DNA of 33,566 bases from a virus (IMGVR_UViG_3300025389_000059:1-33566); one strand, 5' to 3'. Positions 7,901 through 17,444 are shown, counted from the stretch's first letter. Made by a program: numbers and translations. The notes: generated by a model not told the origin, from the sequence alone.

Positions 7901-10809
7901 GCGGTGAAGATTTTAATAATATCTATGACCATATTGTATTAGCGTTTGGACAAGCTGATTTAAGAAATAAAGAATATTTAGCAAGACCTTCCAGAGAATT
8001 ACGTCATTTAGTAAGTGACTATGCTAAAGCGGCTAATATACCCGTAAGTGAAGCATTAGGTCATTTACATCAACTAGCAGAAGCTTTACATGAACCTGAA
8101 CGTAGACATATTAAATACTTACAACATGTGCCTCTTGATTTAGAACAAAATATTAAACTCCAAAGCGGAGAGATGACAAGTGCTGCACATCTAAGAGACC
8201 TTATCTTTGAAGTCATTAACTCACAAGAAAAATTATCTGATACGGATATTAAAGCACTTCGTAATGAATTAGAAAAAATAGTAAAAGAAAATGCTATGCC
8301 TGGTAAAGAAGGCAACAAGTATCATAGCATAGATGAAAACTCAGCAGAATATAATGTTACGGCTGGTCTTGATTCTGAAGATGTTAAACAAATCATGGAT
8401 ATGTATTCTCTTGAAACTTATAAATTAAGACCTATGATGGATAAAGTTTTAGCAGCTTTAAAACCTATTCAAGAAGCTACCATCATGCTTAATAAACAAG
8501 GTAACTACGGTTCTAATGCTACAGATAATATTATCCGATTCTATGATTGGCAACATTATGTACCTTTAAAAGGTAGAGCTGAATCTGAAATGCCAAGAAA
8601 TTCTATGCATCTTAATTTAGATGATGTTCGCTTATCTACAGAACTTAAAGAAGAAAAGAATAGTTTTGAAGGAAGACAATCAGAAGCTAAAAATAGTATT
8701 ATTCAAACGATGGTTGATGCGTCTTTATCAGCAGCGCGTGCGGGTAGAAAGGGTTTAACTCAATCTATTGCAAATGCTATAGACCAAAAAGTATTAGAAG
8801 GTAAAAAATTAGCAACTTATACGGCTCATCAGCTTTATACCAAAACAGGTATAGATGAAGAACTATTAAGAAAAAGAGATGTAATATTTAATTATAAAGA
8901 TGATGGTTCTATGGAGGTCTATGAGATTAAAGACCCTAGATTATTAGAAGCTATACGTAGAACTTATAGAGAAGGCAATCCATTATTAGATAAATTAAAT
9001 GCTTTAACTAGTGCTATTGGTCAGTCTCATACAAGATATAACCCATCATTCCCTATCTTAAACTATGTTCGAGATGCATTAACTAACTCATTTGTTATGA
9101 TGGTTGATAAGAGTCCTAAAGAAGCATTTAAGTATTTAGGTGCTATTGCTTCACAAGTAGCTTCAGGAGGTATGAAAAAAGCATTACAAGTATCTCATCT
9201 ATTCCATACAGATCAAATAGGTAAGTTAAGAGAGCTTGCTAAAAAAGATAACTTTGTAGCTAATATGCTTGAGTACATAGAGGCTGGCGGTAGAGTTTCA
9301 TATGTTCAAGGTCTTTCAGTAAGAAGTCAATTAGATCAACTTTATAAAGATGTCGGTCAGCATAAGATTATTACAACTAAAGAAAATTTAGATAAGTTCT
9401 TTGATACTTACACAGATACATTTGAACTTTCTGCTAGAACTGCAGCATATGGTATATTTAAAAATGAGTTAAAACAAAAGGGCTATACTGACGAACAAGC
9501 TAAACAATTAGCTGCATCTTATACTAAACAGTTAGCTAACTTTGAAGAAGTCGGTCAATATGGTAAAGCACTTGGTGCTATGTTTGAGTTCTTTAGACCA
9601 TCAGCTACAGGTGCAATTAGAGCAATGGAATCTATAGCCCCAGCATTCCGTAGATGGACAGATGTTAAGAAAAATTTACCGCCTAATATATTTGGTACTG
9701 AAGGTAATAGAACTGCTGAACAACAAGCAAGACTTGATACTTATGAACAAAATTACAGAAAACAAAGTCGAGCAGCTTCAGCTGCTATGATAAGCTTAAT
9801 GGGTGCAGGGGCTACACTATATCTCATGGCTGCGGCTATGGGTAGTAAAGATGACGAAGAAAGAAATACAGTATTAAATGATGATTTATCTAGATGGACT
9901 CGGTTTGCACGATTTGATATTGGTGACGGTAAAGTAATTCAAATACCATGGGGCTTTGGTTTAGGTGCTTTTGCTGCAGCTGGAGCTCAAATGGCTGGTG
10001 CTGCGACATCTCCTTCTAATAGTGTAGGCGATGTTATGGGTAATCTTATAAGTATTGGTCTAGATTCTTTTGCACCTATTCCTATTTCAAGAATTAATCC
10101 TCTTGATAATTTCCCTGCATTTATGATGGATTCTATTACACCATCTGTGGCTAAACCATTCTACGAATATACTATGAATTTAAATTCATTTGGCCAGGAA
10201 ATCTATAACAATAGACAATCTCGTTATGGCGATGCTTATACAGGCGGTGATAATATTCCTGAAATGTATAAAGATGCAGCTCGTTTTCTAGCTGATACTA
10301 CAAATGGTGCTATTGATTGGACTCCAAATACTATGTATTTCTTTGCTAATAATTATGCTGATGGAGGATTTAAAATTGCTCAAGACTTATACGGCATGGG
10401 AATGGTAGCGGCTACAGACAAGAAATTTGATCCAACTCAAAATGCATTTATTTTACAAAGCTTTATTAAGAAACAATCTAATGTTGACCAAAGAGAATTT
10501 GCTAAAGTTCAGCAAGATATTACAGATAAAGAAAAAGTAATTAATATGTTTAAAACTTCTAACCCAGATCAATATATTAAATATGTAGAAACTCATCCAT
10601 ATGATGAAGCAAAAATTACGATGTTTAATAAACTTGTTGGAAGTGACCTTAAAAAATTACAAACTCAAGCTAACGTCATTAGAAGAATGACAGATATTTC
10701 ACCACAAGATAGAGCAGACATGCTTAAAGATAATAAAGATTCACAGAACCTAGTGAAGTATAATATTGTGAAATCAATGAAGTATTTTGATGAGTTAGAA
10801 TCTAACTAA
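4927..10809 (+). CDS. Large polyvalent internal virion protein with zincin-like metallopeptidase and LPD38-like C-terminal region
   Basis: 1960 aa; N-terminal Ala/Gly-rich membrane-interacting region; VLVHEMGH (HExxH at 7267-7281) with downstream KEFVSE; C-terminal IQIPWGFGLG...PSVAKPFYEYTMNLNSFGQEIY resembles LPD38. Confidence 0.7.
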   Translation: MPTYSIQGPDGKTYSIDGPEGASREQVIDAIQAKLAAPTPQPEHAGILRRVGDIGISALQGVAALPEVATGLADIPTFGVAGKGVEEAEKAIFGGTTKDLRAKLQEYKSEDQKAAEQKVAEAKGFMPTLEEYVKNPSAIADVVAQSAPTMVGGAGIARGILAKAGEKIAPSVAAAIGEGAVTSGQIAEQIRQDSENGLLSPKQAALSTLAGAFTGGLSKFGSIVANKLGTENVETILAGGTMNNAAKQHVLAAAIKGALNESVFEELPQSIQEQVMQNLAENKPWDEGIAQQAAAGLLAGAAMGGPASLLMQAKVNKDIAEQAKPKLLMPPKEEEVTTEEAPKEEVKAEEPKVTNLSNLVNTTKVTPEEIKAEEPKLEKEVKNEPGIIQTVVNEPAVGTSTTVSGESSDGTTAVTTTADRTGLAGATSSVGTTEGRAETKPAPLEDKEKQARRIQLEEANKLFEIRDKEEKENLINEAMAKYGLTREQAERRVNLPPVPKITQEQYDNLHEYLTTESQYGRGAPLNKERGIESAAMEDVFLKRDLRDVKGFEKALTKLAEEKTTAAHEAREAEIQRLINEEGYTETLARGEVGNTNDKYFIGKNKREILNYSKERPYELFNYDTESGKSIEQQYLDLQEEYEGKRKPSKNQLKEAELRKSFRESLSPEDKAKYDQNVKDNLAKEIQLNRQAIEEERKPTKTAEIVEKGKTLTTAPYIEQHGLFAVANHISDRIKELNGKFPTINFGTVPNGRPGMFDPKTNTVTIDRNNLKGVSEDQVLVHEMGHYLLDHIIDNRKVLGAISKEQKNAIFRLENLRKQVVNKLGKNAFDIPTVKEFVSELLSNRDFQHAVASIEGEKYKPKKGLVRKIAEAILDALGLEGLKPVILEESLDLIESIITDKAYRLPTKTMTGKKVSFAPEAKKAEEKPVRDFIQRAKDLAPKEYHKPTITDVVRKTFYGEQAANELVKKFQNDRFPIKTWQKIIEKAGLKRVGGEDFNNIYDHIVLAFGQADLRNKEYLARPSRELRHLVSDYAKAANIPVSEALGHLHQLAEALHEPERRHIKYLQHVPLDLEQNIKLQSGEMTSAAHLRDLIFEVINSQEKLSDTDIKALRNELEKIVKENAMPGKEGNKYHSIDENSAEYNVTAGLDSEDVKQIMDMYSLETYKLRPMMDKVLAALKPIQEATIMLNKQGNYGSNATDNIIRFYDWQHYVPLKGRAESEMPRNSMHLNLDDVRLSTELKEEKNSFEGRQSEAKNSIIQTMVDASLSAARAGRKGLTQSIANAIDQKVLEGKKLATYTAHQLYTKTGIDEELLRKRDVIFNYKDDGSMEVYEIKDPRLLEAIRRTYREGNPLLDKLNALTSAIGQSHTRYNPSFPILNYVRDALTNSFVMMVDKSPKEAFKYLGAIASQVASGGMKKALQVSHLFHTDQIGKLRELAKKDNFVANMLEYIEAGGRVSYVQGLSVRSQLDQLYKDVGQHKIITTKENLDKFFDTYTDTFELSARTAAYGIFKNELKQKGYTDEQAKQLAASYTKQLANFEEVGQYGKALGAMFEFFRPSATGAIRAMESIAPAFRRWTDVKKNLPPNIFGTEGNRTAEQQARLDTYEQNYRKQSRAASAAMISLMGAGATLYLMAAAMGSKDDEERNTVLNDDLSRWTRFARFDIGDGKVIQIPWGFGLGAFAAAGAQMAGAATSPSNSVGDVMGNLISIGLDSFAPIPISRINPLDNFPAFMMDSITPSVAKPFYEYTMNLNSFGQEIYNNRQSRYGDAYTGGDNIPEMYKDAARFLADTTNGAIDWTPNTMYFFANNYADGGFKIAQDLYGMGMVAATDKKFDPTQNAFILQSFIKKQSNVDQREFAKVQQDITDKEKVINMFKTSNPDQYIKYVETHPYDEAKITMFNKLVGSDLKKLQTQANVIRRMTDISPQDRADMLKDNKDSQNLVKYNIVKSMKYFDELESN
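6074..6259 (+). CDS. Probable overprinted small protein (+1 frame) nested in the 1960-aa gene
   Basis: 61 aa; AAAGAGGT RBS 5 nt before ATG; amphipathic Leu/Gln/Glu helices ending SPLH; the host frame is a low-complexity T/G/S linker over the same span. Confidence 0.5.
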   Translation: MSQELYRQSLTNQQLELALQYLENPAMELPQSLQQLTELDWLGLQVVLEQLKEEQKQSPLH

Positions 10810-10999
10810 CACGCCAAGCTCTAACGCCTAAGTGATTCTCTTTAGTAGTGATATAGGCTTTAATTTTAACGCCAGCTCTTCTAGCACCACATTCTATAGC
10901 ATATAACATTACTGCTGTATTAATTGTAGGTATAAAAAAACTTTCACCTATCTTCATATACTCAAAAGGAAATATCCATTCAGGTTCATTCTGGTCCAT
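10802..10999 (-). CDS. Small conserved phage protein (FPFxxMxxGxSFF type), possible DNA-binding
   Basis: 65 aa; AAGGA RBS; overlaps the primase stop; last gene of the - strand arm, converging on the 1960-aa gene. Confidence 0.7.
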   Translation of the reverse strand: MDQNEPEWIFPFEYMKIGESFFIPTINTAVMLYAIECGARRAGVKIKAYITTKENHLGVRAWRVS

Positions 11000-13946
11000 T
11001 AGTTTCCTTTTTCTTAAAGCAATAGCATCTTAAATTATATTCGGTACTACTTGCATCTTTCCAACCAGCAGACATTCTTACTTTCTTTTCGTCTAAATCA
11101 AATGTATGCCGTATTTGTTCTTTAAATTCTTCAATGGCAACTCTAGCTTCTGTCGCTAAATATTGATTAAATACTTTTCGTTGGATATAAATAGTTTTAG
11201 TATCATCATCAGACCTTATAACTAAAGCGGTTTTAGGTTCTTCTGCTACTTTTTTATCTCTAATAACTAACATAGCTTGAGAATTTTTAAGTATATATTC
11301 GCCTAAAATACTTTCTGCATCAACTGCATTAATTTGAATTATATTTTTCTTAATATGAATCATTCGTTCTAAGATAACTTGATATACTCTATCTAAATCT
11401 AATTCACTTATAATGCCATACTCTAAAGCAATTTCCCCAGCACCAAATGTCATAGCGATTATATTATGATAGAATCTATCTGCCGAATCAAAACCATAAT
11501 CTTTGACAAATCTTTCTAACCACTTTTGAAATCTTGGACCAAGTCTTTGGTCAGGGTCATTATAGTCTCTAAATACTTCACCTTTTTTCTGTAAGTCATA
11601 TATAGCTTCTATAAATTTAGGTCCAGCATGTCCATAATTATTTTTCATAACCTCAAATGTACGTTGTCCTAATGTATCATCATCTCTAATAGCATCGGGT
11701 TTTAATAGATTAAATTCAATAAGTCTAGCTATTTCACCATTAGGGTCTTCTTTTAATAAACTTAATTTTTGATACAAAGCATCATTAGAAGTCATGACTG
11801 AAATTAAACTTGATGACTCTTCATAAGGACGTTCTGCATTAACTGATGCTTGTCCTTTAATCTTATTTTTACCAGTAGAAATATAATGTACTGTACTAGA
11901 TACATCTTTTTCTACCATATTAGTTACTTCATCAATACATAATGGTATATTATGCAAAGCATTAGCACGTAATCTCATACCCACAAATGTAGCACCGTCT
12001 TTACCAGCATGAACATGTAATGCCTCAGGGTCACCCCACATACTTAAGGCTGCATATAGTGCGCCTGTTTTAGCTGAACCAGCTTTACCTGCTAGACAAA
12101 CTGATGCCCCTGCTACTCGACTATAGCTCATAAGAGGTGAAGCAAAACCACACAACATTGTAAATGCATGAAGTTCTAAACTAGGTATATTAAGATTAGC
12201 TACGGCTTTTTTCCATACTTCAAATTCACCTTTTTCTTTTAAGTGTGGACCTGTTTCTCTAGTTTGTACTGATAATGGTGTAGTTCCTATAGTGCCATCT
12301 CGTCTATACTCTTTAGTGCCTAATACAAATGATGTTTTATCTTTATCAGTCCAGCCAGCGTGTGTACGCATGACATCAGAACTCCTACGGTTTGTGAGGT
12401 ACGAACCCCATTTAATAATATAGTCCATAAATAATTGTACGTTTTTCCTCTCTATTGAAATATTTTTACCCCCCATAATATCCATAGTTTTTTCTACTGA
12501 GTATGCATATTTAAGCGGAAATAAAAATGTGATAGGTGGGTCATTAGGAAATGTTGCTCTAAACTCCAAACAATGTCCTTCACCTGTTACATCATTTTTT
12601 AAGATATTTGTGGCCCATATATTAGTTTCTGTAATCATAATAGGTTGTTCAGGCGTTGTTATTTCCCCTGTTTTCTTATCTCTAGTAGCAGGTAAAACTT
12701 TAAACACACCACGTTCAGGGCCATGAATATATGGATACATACCTGGAGGTAGAACAAATGCAAAGGGGTCAACAAGTGCCGTTTCTGCATCTTGATAAAT
12801 TACATTACCTACTTTTTCTTCTTCATATCTATCTGGGTCTAACTCTTCGTTTTCACCTTCATCTTCTGGTGCTGACTCTGATGATATGATAGGAATAATT
12901 GATTTACCATCTTTTAACTTACTGGCAAATACTAAAGGATTAGTTGCAGTGCCTCGTCTAGAACATCCTTCACAGCCACCTGGGTTAGCTACTTCAAAAC
13001 TTGTGCATGGATGTACGCCTTGAAATGTAGCTGCTTTTAATATGGTAGCTTCACGATTATAATCTTTAGCACCTTGTGAGATAATATGAATAGCAGTTTC
13101 TTGGTCTACACATTTACTAGCTACAGTTAATCCAGCAGTCCATAATTCATAGCTAACTTCATCAGGCTTTTCCATCATATGTTTAATTTGGTTACAGCCG
13201 TATCCATTCATACTAGATTCTAATAACTTAGCAAAACTATTTTCGTAATTGCTACCGCCCTGTGCTTGGCGTTCTTCTTCTGACATACCCTTCTTAGCAG
13301 CTTTGATAATATCAGCAAAAGATAAATCTTCTTCGCCTAGAAACTCTTTAAATTCTGTAAAGTTATATTTGAGTATAACATCACTAATTACACTCGTAGG
13401 TGATGGAGGATTGGTTTTATAATTTAAACAATTAGGTGAACGAGTTAAACGAGCTGGGTCTGCTGCAACACCAACGTCTACTTTTAATCCATTATCAATA
13501 CAATACTTTTTAAACTTTTCAGCATAGAGTTTCCATGTATCAATAGGTATGTTTTCGCCAAACATCCAAAAGCCCCATATACCACGACCTGAATCTAATT
13601 TAACAGGAGGAGGAAGATTGGCATGTATAACAAAGTCATCAAGAGCTTTAAGTGCTTCTTCTTTAGATGCATATTCTTTACCTTCGCCTACATCTAAATC
13701 TACGAAGAAAGAACTAGAATATAAAGCGTCTACCTTACGTCTTGCATATCCTTTAAATGTACTATGCGTAACATATATGTTATGACCTAAAGACTTTAGT
13801 TCTTCAATTTTAGGTTCGATATCATCTGTGGATTCAACATAATAATTAGCTACCTTACCACCATCTGCAGGTTCAATTGTTGTTATGCAGTACACGCCTT
13901 TTGTAGGCAACATCTTTTTATAAAATTCAGTTATTCCAATACTCAT
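10986..13946 (-). CDS. Primase-helicase (AEP/RepB-type primase N-terminus plus DUF927-type P-loop helicase)
   Basis: 986 aa; FFVDLDVG (DxD motif), SGRG motif, Cys cluster (C..HPC..GCEGC), AGW...FVLG DUF927 start, Walker A-like GKAGSAKT, Walker B LCIDE, TSN sensor, arginine finger ARLIE, NNYGHAG. Confidence 0.85.
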   Translation of the reverse strand: MSIGITEFYKKMLPTKGVYCITTIEPADGGKVANYYVESTDDIEPKIEELKSLGHNIYVTHSTFKGYARRKVDALYSSSFFVDLDVGEGKEYASKEEALKALDDFVIHANLPPPVKLDSGRGIWGFWMFGENIPIDTWKLYAEKFKKYCIDNGLKVDVGVAADPARLTRSPNCLNYKTNPPSPTSVISDVILKYNFTEFKEFLGEEDLSFADIIKAAKKGMSEEERQAQGGSNYENSFAKLLESSMNGYGCNQIKHMMEKPDEVSYELWTAGLTVASKCVDQETAIHIISQGAKDYNREATILKAATFQGVHPCTSFEVANPGGCEGCSRRGTATNPLVFASKLKDGKSIIPIISSESAPEDEGENEELDPDRYEEEKVGNVIYQDAETALVDPFAFVLPPGMYPYIHGPERGVFKVLPATRDKKTGEITTPEQPIMITETNIWATNILKNDVTGEGHCLEFRATFPNDPPITFLFPLKYAYSVEKTMDIMGGKNISIERKNVQLFMDYIIKWGSYLTNRRSSDVMRTHAGWTDKDKTSFVLGTKEYRRDGTIGTTPLSVQTRETGPHLKEKGEFEVWKKAVANLNIPSLELHAFTMLCGFASPLMSYSRVAGASVCLAGKAGSAKTGALYAALSMWGDPEALHVHAGKDGATFVGMRLRANALHNIPLCIDEVTNMVEKDVSSTVHYISTGKNKIKGQASVNAERPYEESSSLISVMTSNDALYQKLSLLKEDPNGEIARLIEFNLLKPDAIRDDDTLGQRTFEVMKNNYGHAGPKFIEAIYDLQKKGEVFRDYNDPDQRLGPRFQKWLERFVKDYGFDSADRFYHNIIAMTFGAGEIALEYGIISELDLDRVYQVILERMIHIKKNIIQINAVDAESILGEYILKNSQAMLVIRDKKVAEEPKTALVIRSDDDTKTIYIQRKVFNQYLATEARVAIEEFKEQIRHTFDLDEKKVRMSAGWKDASSTEYNLRCYCFKKKETNGPE

Positions 13947-14033
13947 ATTATCTTTCTATTTTTAGAGTCAACACTACCCCGCCACACCAATGTGTGTTTT
14001 TTCAAAACCAACTAGGAATCTATAATTGTACTA

Positions 14034-14345
14034 CTAAATCTTGTTTAGTATTTTATCTTCAATATAATATTTAGCATCTTTAAGATTGACAACAGGCAAA
14101 AGATTTACCTCGTAATCCTTAGATACTATATCTATAAAGTTATTTATTTTTGTACAATTTTTATCTCTTATATACTGCCCTCTAAACCAACTATGGATAG
14201 TCATACGAGACACACCAAAGGCTTGTGCTACATAAAGAGCAGGCAGATTAGCTTTGACACATAGTTTAGCTAACTGCACACCAAGCCTCGTGGGGTCTAG
14301 CGTGGCTAAAGAACTTAAAAACTCATCACTATAAGGTCTTGCCAT
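14034..14345 (-). CDS. XRE/Cro-like helix-turn-helix protein
   Basis: 103 aa; VAQAFGVSRMTIHSWFRG HTH pattern; AAGGA RBS. Confidence 0.75.
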   Translation of the reverse strand: MARPYSDEFLSSLATLDPTRLGVQLAKLCVKANLPALYVAQAFGVSRMTIHSWFRGQYIRDKNCTKINNFIDIVSKDYEVNLLPVVNLKDAKYYIEDKILNKI

Positions 14346-14353
14346 AATTATCC

Positions 14354-15235
14354 TTAAGATTTAGTTGACCATTTTTTCATCACGTCACTTGCACTTGATA
14401 CAGGTTGTGATGGAACTTGGCTAGAATCTCTTAGGACAGGTTCAGCAATATCAACAACATCTACAGGTTGAGCAGCTTGCGTTGGTTGGACGCTTGGTAC
14501 TTCTTCCTCTGTACTATCTGTTTGATATACTGTTAATTTAACCGCAGCTTCTGCCGCCGCAGATTTACCTTGTCTTTGTAAGACTTCTAAGTCATTAGGG
14601 TTTACTGCCGCAGATGGACTAAATAATACTTTAGGTGTTGAAGCCTTAGCATCGAATTGCATCTTAGTCACTACACGACCAGCACTAACATTGTTGTTAG
14701 CTAATAACTGAACATAAGGTCTGAAAGGATACTTACCATTTTCTTCTTTACCAAAGCATGATGTTGCAGGTAAAACTAATTGCATAACATCGCCTGCTGG
14801 GTCAGAAGGTAATACAACAGCCATTCTCCATGATAGACGACATGCAGTACCCGTACCATTAGCCCCTGAATTTTTAGCACTAAATTGACAAGTATCACAT
14901 GTTTTAGATTGAGGCGTTTTGACATCAATATCAGGTACACGAGAATCACTAGACCAACATGTCGGACTAATCTTTTCGCCTTCCTTGTATGATTGAGCAT
15001 AGAAAGTTCTTGATGCGGTATGTGCCATCTTAACTATGATTACATCCATGTAGTTATTTTCTGACACACTGACTTCTTTTCCGCCTACAACTTTACGGAA
15101 TGCTTTACCTCGAATAGATATTCTTTTATTACCTGTGTTAACGGAACCACCTGCAACGGCACGAGTATCCTCGTCTAGACCCGTTTGGATTAAGTTACCG
15201 CTATTTTGTAATATTACTGATAATTCACTACTCAT
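14354..15235 (-). CDS. Putative ssDNA-binding / recombination protein with Cys cluster
   Basis: Start reassigned to MSSEL (GGAG RBS); RISIRGKAF, CWS...CDTC...AC zinc-type motif, acidic/Pro-rich flexible tail; located between helicase and primase. Confidence 0.55.
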   Translation of the reverse strand: MSSELSVILQNSGNLIQTGLDEDTRAVAGGSVNTGNKRISIRGKAFRKVVGGKEVSVSENNYMDVIIVKMAHTASRTFYAQSYKEGEKISPTCWSSDSRVPDIDVKTPQSKTCDTCQFSAKNSGANGTGTACRLSWRMAVVLPSDPAGDVMQLVLPATSCFGKEENGKYPFRPYVQLLANNNVSAGRVVTKMQFDAKASTPKVLFSPSAAVNPNDLEVLQRQGKSAAAEAAVKLTVYQTDSTEEEVPSVQPTQAAQPVDVVDIAEPVLRDSSQVPSQPVSSASDVMKKWSTKS

Positions 15236-15246
15236 ATTATTCTCCA

Positions 15247-15660
15247 TTAACTTGATTTTGTACTGGGTTTACGAACAGTTATGTTGTACTCTCTTAGTGT
15301 ATTGATGCCTGGTGGCAATCCGTCGTCTTGTCGAGTACTCATAAACTCTTTAAAGTTTGCGTTACTAATTCGTTGCTGTAATAAATCCAATGCTTGATTT
15401 TCAAGTATAAATTGTTTGAAGTTATCCCAGTCATTGCAAACATAAGTTTCCTTTAAAGACTTAATTACTGTACCACTTCCAGTTCTTACACTCTCTGCAT
15501 TTATTTCATTGCAGTATACCAACATTGCTTTTTCTAGCTCATCTAAATCCGCTTTTAACTCAGCATCTTTAGCCTCGAACTGTCTTGTTATATTAGCTCG
15601 TTCTGTCCTAATAGTCAAGTAAGTTTTGACTAATTCTTCTAAATTCATTTCACTCATCAT
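15247..15660 (-). CDS. Conserved phage coiled-coil protein (Gam/Gp157-like size and pattern)
   Basis: Start reassigned to MMSEM after AGGAG; N-terminal coiled coil, then RTGSGT...DWDNFKQFI...LLQQRIS...PPG. Confidence 0.6.
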   Translation of the reverse strand: MMSEMNLEELVKTYLTIRTERANITRQFEAKDAELKADLDELEKAMLVYCNEINAESVRTGSGTVIKSLKETYVCNDWDNFKQFILENQALDLLQQRISNANFKEFMSTRQDDGLPPGINTLREYNITVRKPSTKSS

Positions 15661-15748
15661 TGCTCCTATCAACTATTAAACTAAATAAACATATTGCTAC
15701 TACACCAACTACAAACGCTACTAACATCCTAACTGCAAAAGCTTCCAT
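15650..15748 (-). CDS. Micro-ORF, single TM helix (MEAFAVRMLVAFVVGVVAICLFSLIVDRSNDE, 32 aa)
   Basis: Translated by hand; TAATG coupling to the upstream micro-ORF; below the ORF-track cutoff. Confidence 0.5.
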   Translation of the reverse strand: MEAFAVRMLVAFVVGVVAICLFSLIVDRSNDE

Positions 15749-15867
15749 TATCTTTTCCTACCTTTCTTGATTTCTCGTTTAGTTTTAATTTCATACACGA
15801 TTACATTTACTATTGTTGCAATTACTATAAGCCATAAAGTTCCACCGAGCCATTTCAAACATGTCAT
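15748..15867 (-). CDS. Micro-ORF, TM helix plus basic tail (MTCLKWLGGTLWLIVIATIVNVIVYEIKTKREIKKGRKR, 39 aa)
   Basis: Translated by hand; ATGA coupling to the helicase stop; GAGGAG RBS. Confidence 0.55.
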   Translation of the reverse strand: MTCLKWLGGTLWLIVIATIVNVIVYEIKTKREIKKGRKR

Positions 15868-17429
15868 GCTTCTATCTCCTCTCTATATAAATCGACTAGC
15901 TTACTATGCATATCCACTTTGCCTTGTAGCATAGAATACATCTTGCGTTCAATATCCGAACCTTGTAAATGCACCACAGTCATCTTGTTCTTTTGACCTA
16001 CCCTATCAATACGGGCTACACATTGTAGATAAGTTTCAACAGAAAGTACAGGAGACCAAAACACAACGGTGTCCGCCGCAGTAAGAGTTACCCCATGTGA
16101 CGCAGATTGTGGTTGAATGATTAAGACACGAGGGTCATCCATTGTTTGGAATCGAGTAATAATACTTGAACGGTCTGATGCTGATACGGCTCCATTAATA
16201 ATTTCATTGGTGATACCTTTACCATTTAGATTTCTAGCTACGACTTCAATGGTGTGTCTATAAGGTACAAAGATAATAATCTTGTTATTAGTTTCTTCTA
16301 TCACTTCAAAGAGAGCATTCATGCGTGGACTAATATCAAACTCAACCACTTCTTTCTTGTCTGTATAAACTGCACCGCCAGAAATTTGTAATAACTTATT
16401 GACATTCGCCGCCGCATTCACTGCCGTAATTTGTTCCCCTGCGGCTTGAATAAGCATCTCACTTCGTAGTGCTTTATAATATCTTTCTACTTGTGGTGTC
16501 AATGGAATATCTCTTGTTTGATACATGACATCAGGTAAATCTAAACAATCTTTTTTAGCATAACGGATAGCAGGTTGTAGAGCTTTAAAGATTTCTGTCT
16601 TCGCCGTTTTCTTTGGAACCCATTTAAACCGAGTCACTTGAGTCATAACTTTATCTCGCCATGCGGCCGTCAGTTTAGGAACTTTTTGGGGACAGACTAA
16701 TTTAGCTAAACCAAATGCATCGAGTGGCGATTGTGACGCAGGTGTTCCAGTTAGCATCCATAATCGTGTATGAGGTTTTAAAACTTTAGCTAATGTTTTC
16801 CATCTAGCCGTCGATGTTGTTTTATATGCGTTAGCTTCATCAACTACAATTAAGTCAAAGTTAGCTTTTTCAATAGCCTCTCTTACAATCGCTACACCAT
16901 CATAGTTAATAACAACAAACTCATAGTCACCTTCAATCATTCTAATTCGTTTGTCTGCTGTACCATGTGCAACTGCGGAAGTTCTATGCATACAAGTATT
17001 AAAGACATCACCTTGCCATGCTGAATACATAATAGAAAGCGGGCATATAATTAAAACTCGTTTGACTTTACCTTGATTCATTAGATAGTCGGCAGCCCAT
17101 AGCACAGATGAAGTTTTGCCTGTACCTGCTTCATTAAAGCAAAAGGCTCTACGATTGATAGATAAAAACTCTGCGGTAATTTTTTGGTGGTCGAATGGTG
17201 TATATAGACCTGGCCATTTATAATCTCTTACAATAGGAGACGGAAGGTTATTACGGAAGGATACTAATTGATTGAGCCTAGTCATTTCATCCAAGCCCCA
17301 GTAAACTAATACATCTGCTAGATTGCCACGACGTTCAAGCACCTCACTCTTTTGAATATTATCTATGATGTGAGGCACGATATGTTCTGGTACTGTAAGT
17401 TTGACTGCTTGGTTATCTAAGATTTCCAT
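15864..17429 (-). CDS. SNF2-family (SF2) helicase
   Basis: 521 aa; EAGTGKT Walker A, IICPLS, VVDEAN, LTGTP, HGVTLTAA, QCVARIDRVGQ. Confidence 0.92.
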   Translation of the reverse strand: MEILDNQAVKLTVPEHIVPHIIDNIQKSEVLERRGNLADVLVYWGLDEMTRLNQLVSFRNNLPSPIVRDYKWPGLYTPFDHQKITAEFLSINRRAFCFNEAGTGKTSSVLWAADYLMNQGKVKRVLIICPLSIMYSAWQGDVFNTCMHRTSAVAHGTADKRIRMIEGDYEFVVINYDGVAIVREAIEKANFDLIVVDEANAYKTTSTARWKTLAKVLKPHTRLWMLTGTPASQSPLDAFGLAKLVCPQKVPKLTAAWRDKVMTQVTRFKWVPKKTAKTEIFKALQPAIRYAKKDCLDLPDVMYQTRDIPLTPQVERYYKALRSEMLIQAAGEQITAVNAAANVNKLLQISGGAVYTDKKEVVEFDISPRMNALFEVIEETNNKIIIFVPYRHTIEVVARNLNGKGITNEIINGAVSASDRSSIITRFQTMDDPRVLIIQPQSASHGVTLTAADTVVFWSPVLSVETYLQCVARIDRVGQKNKMTVVHLQGSDIERKMYSMLQGKVDMHSKLVDLYREEIEA

Positions 17430-17444
17430 ATATTCCTAACTAAA

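Noticed and set aside
1005-8318. Minus-strand ORFs (1005, 1993, 3565, 4421, 5478, 5796, 7738, 8070) and + frame ORFs at 2337 and 5717
   Set aside because: Shadows of long biased-codon genes with no convincing RBS; only 6074-6259 has independent support
9160-9171. VASGGM in the 1960-aa protein as another ASGG site
   Set aside because: Lies in an apparently folded helical region and lacks the following Ile/aromatic pattern; probably chance
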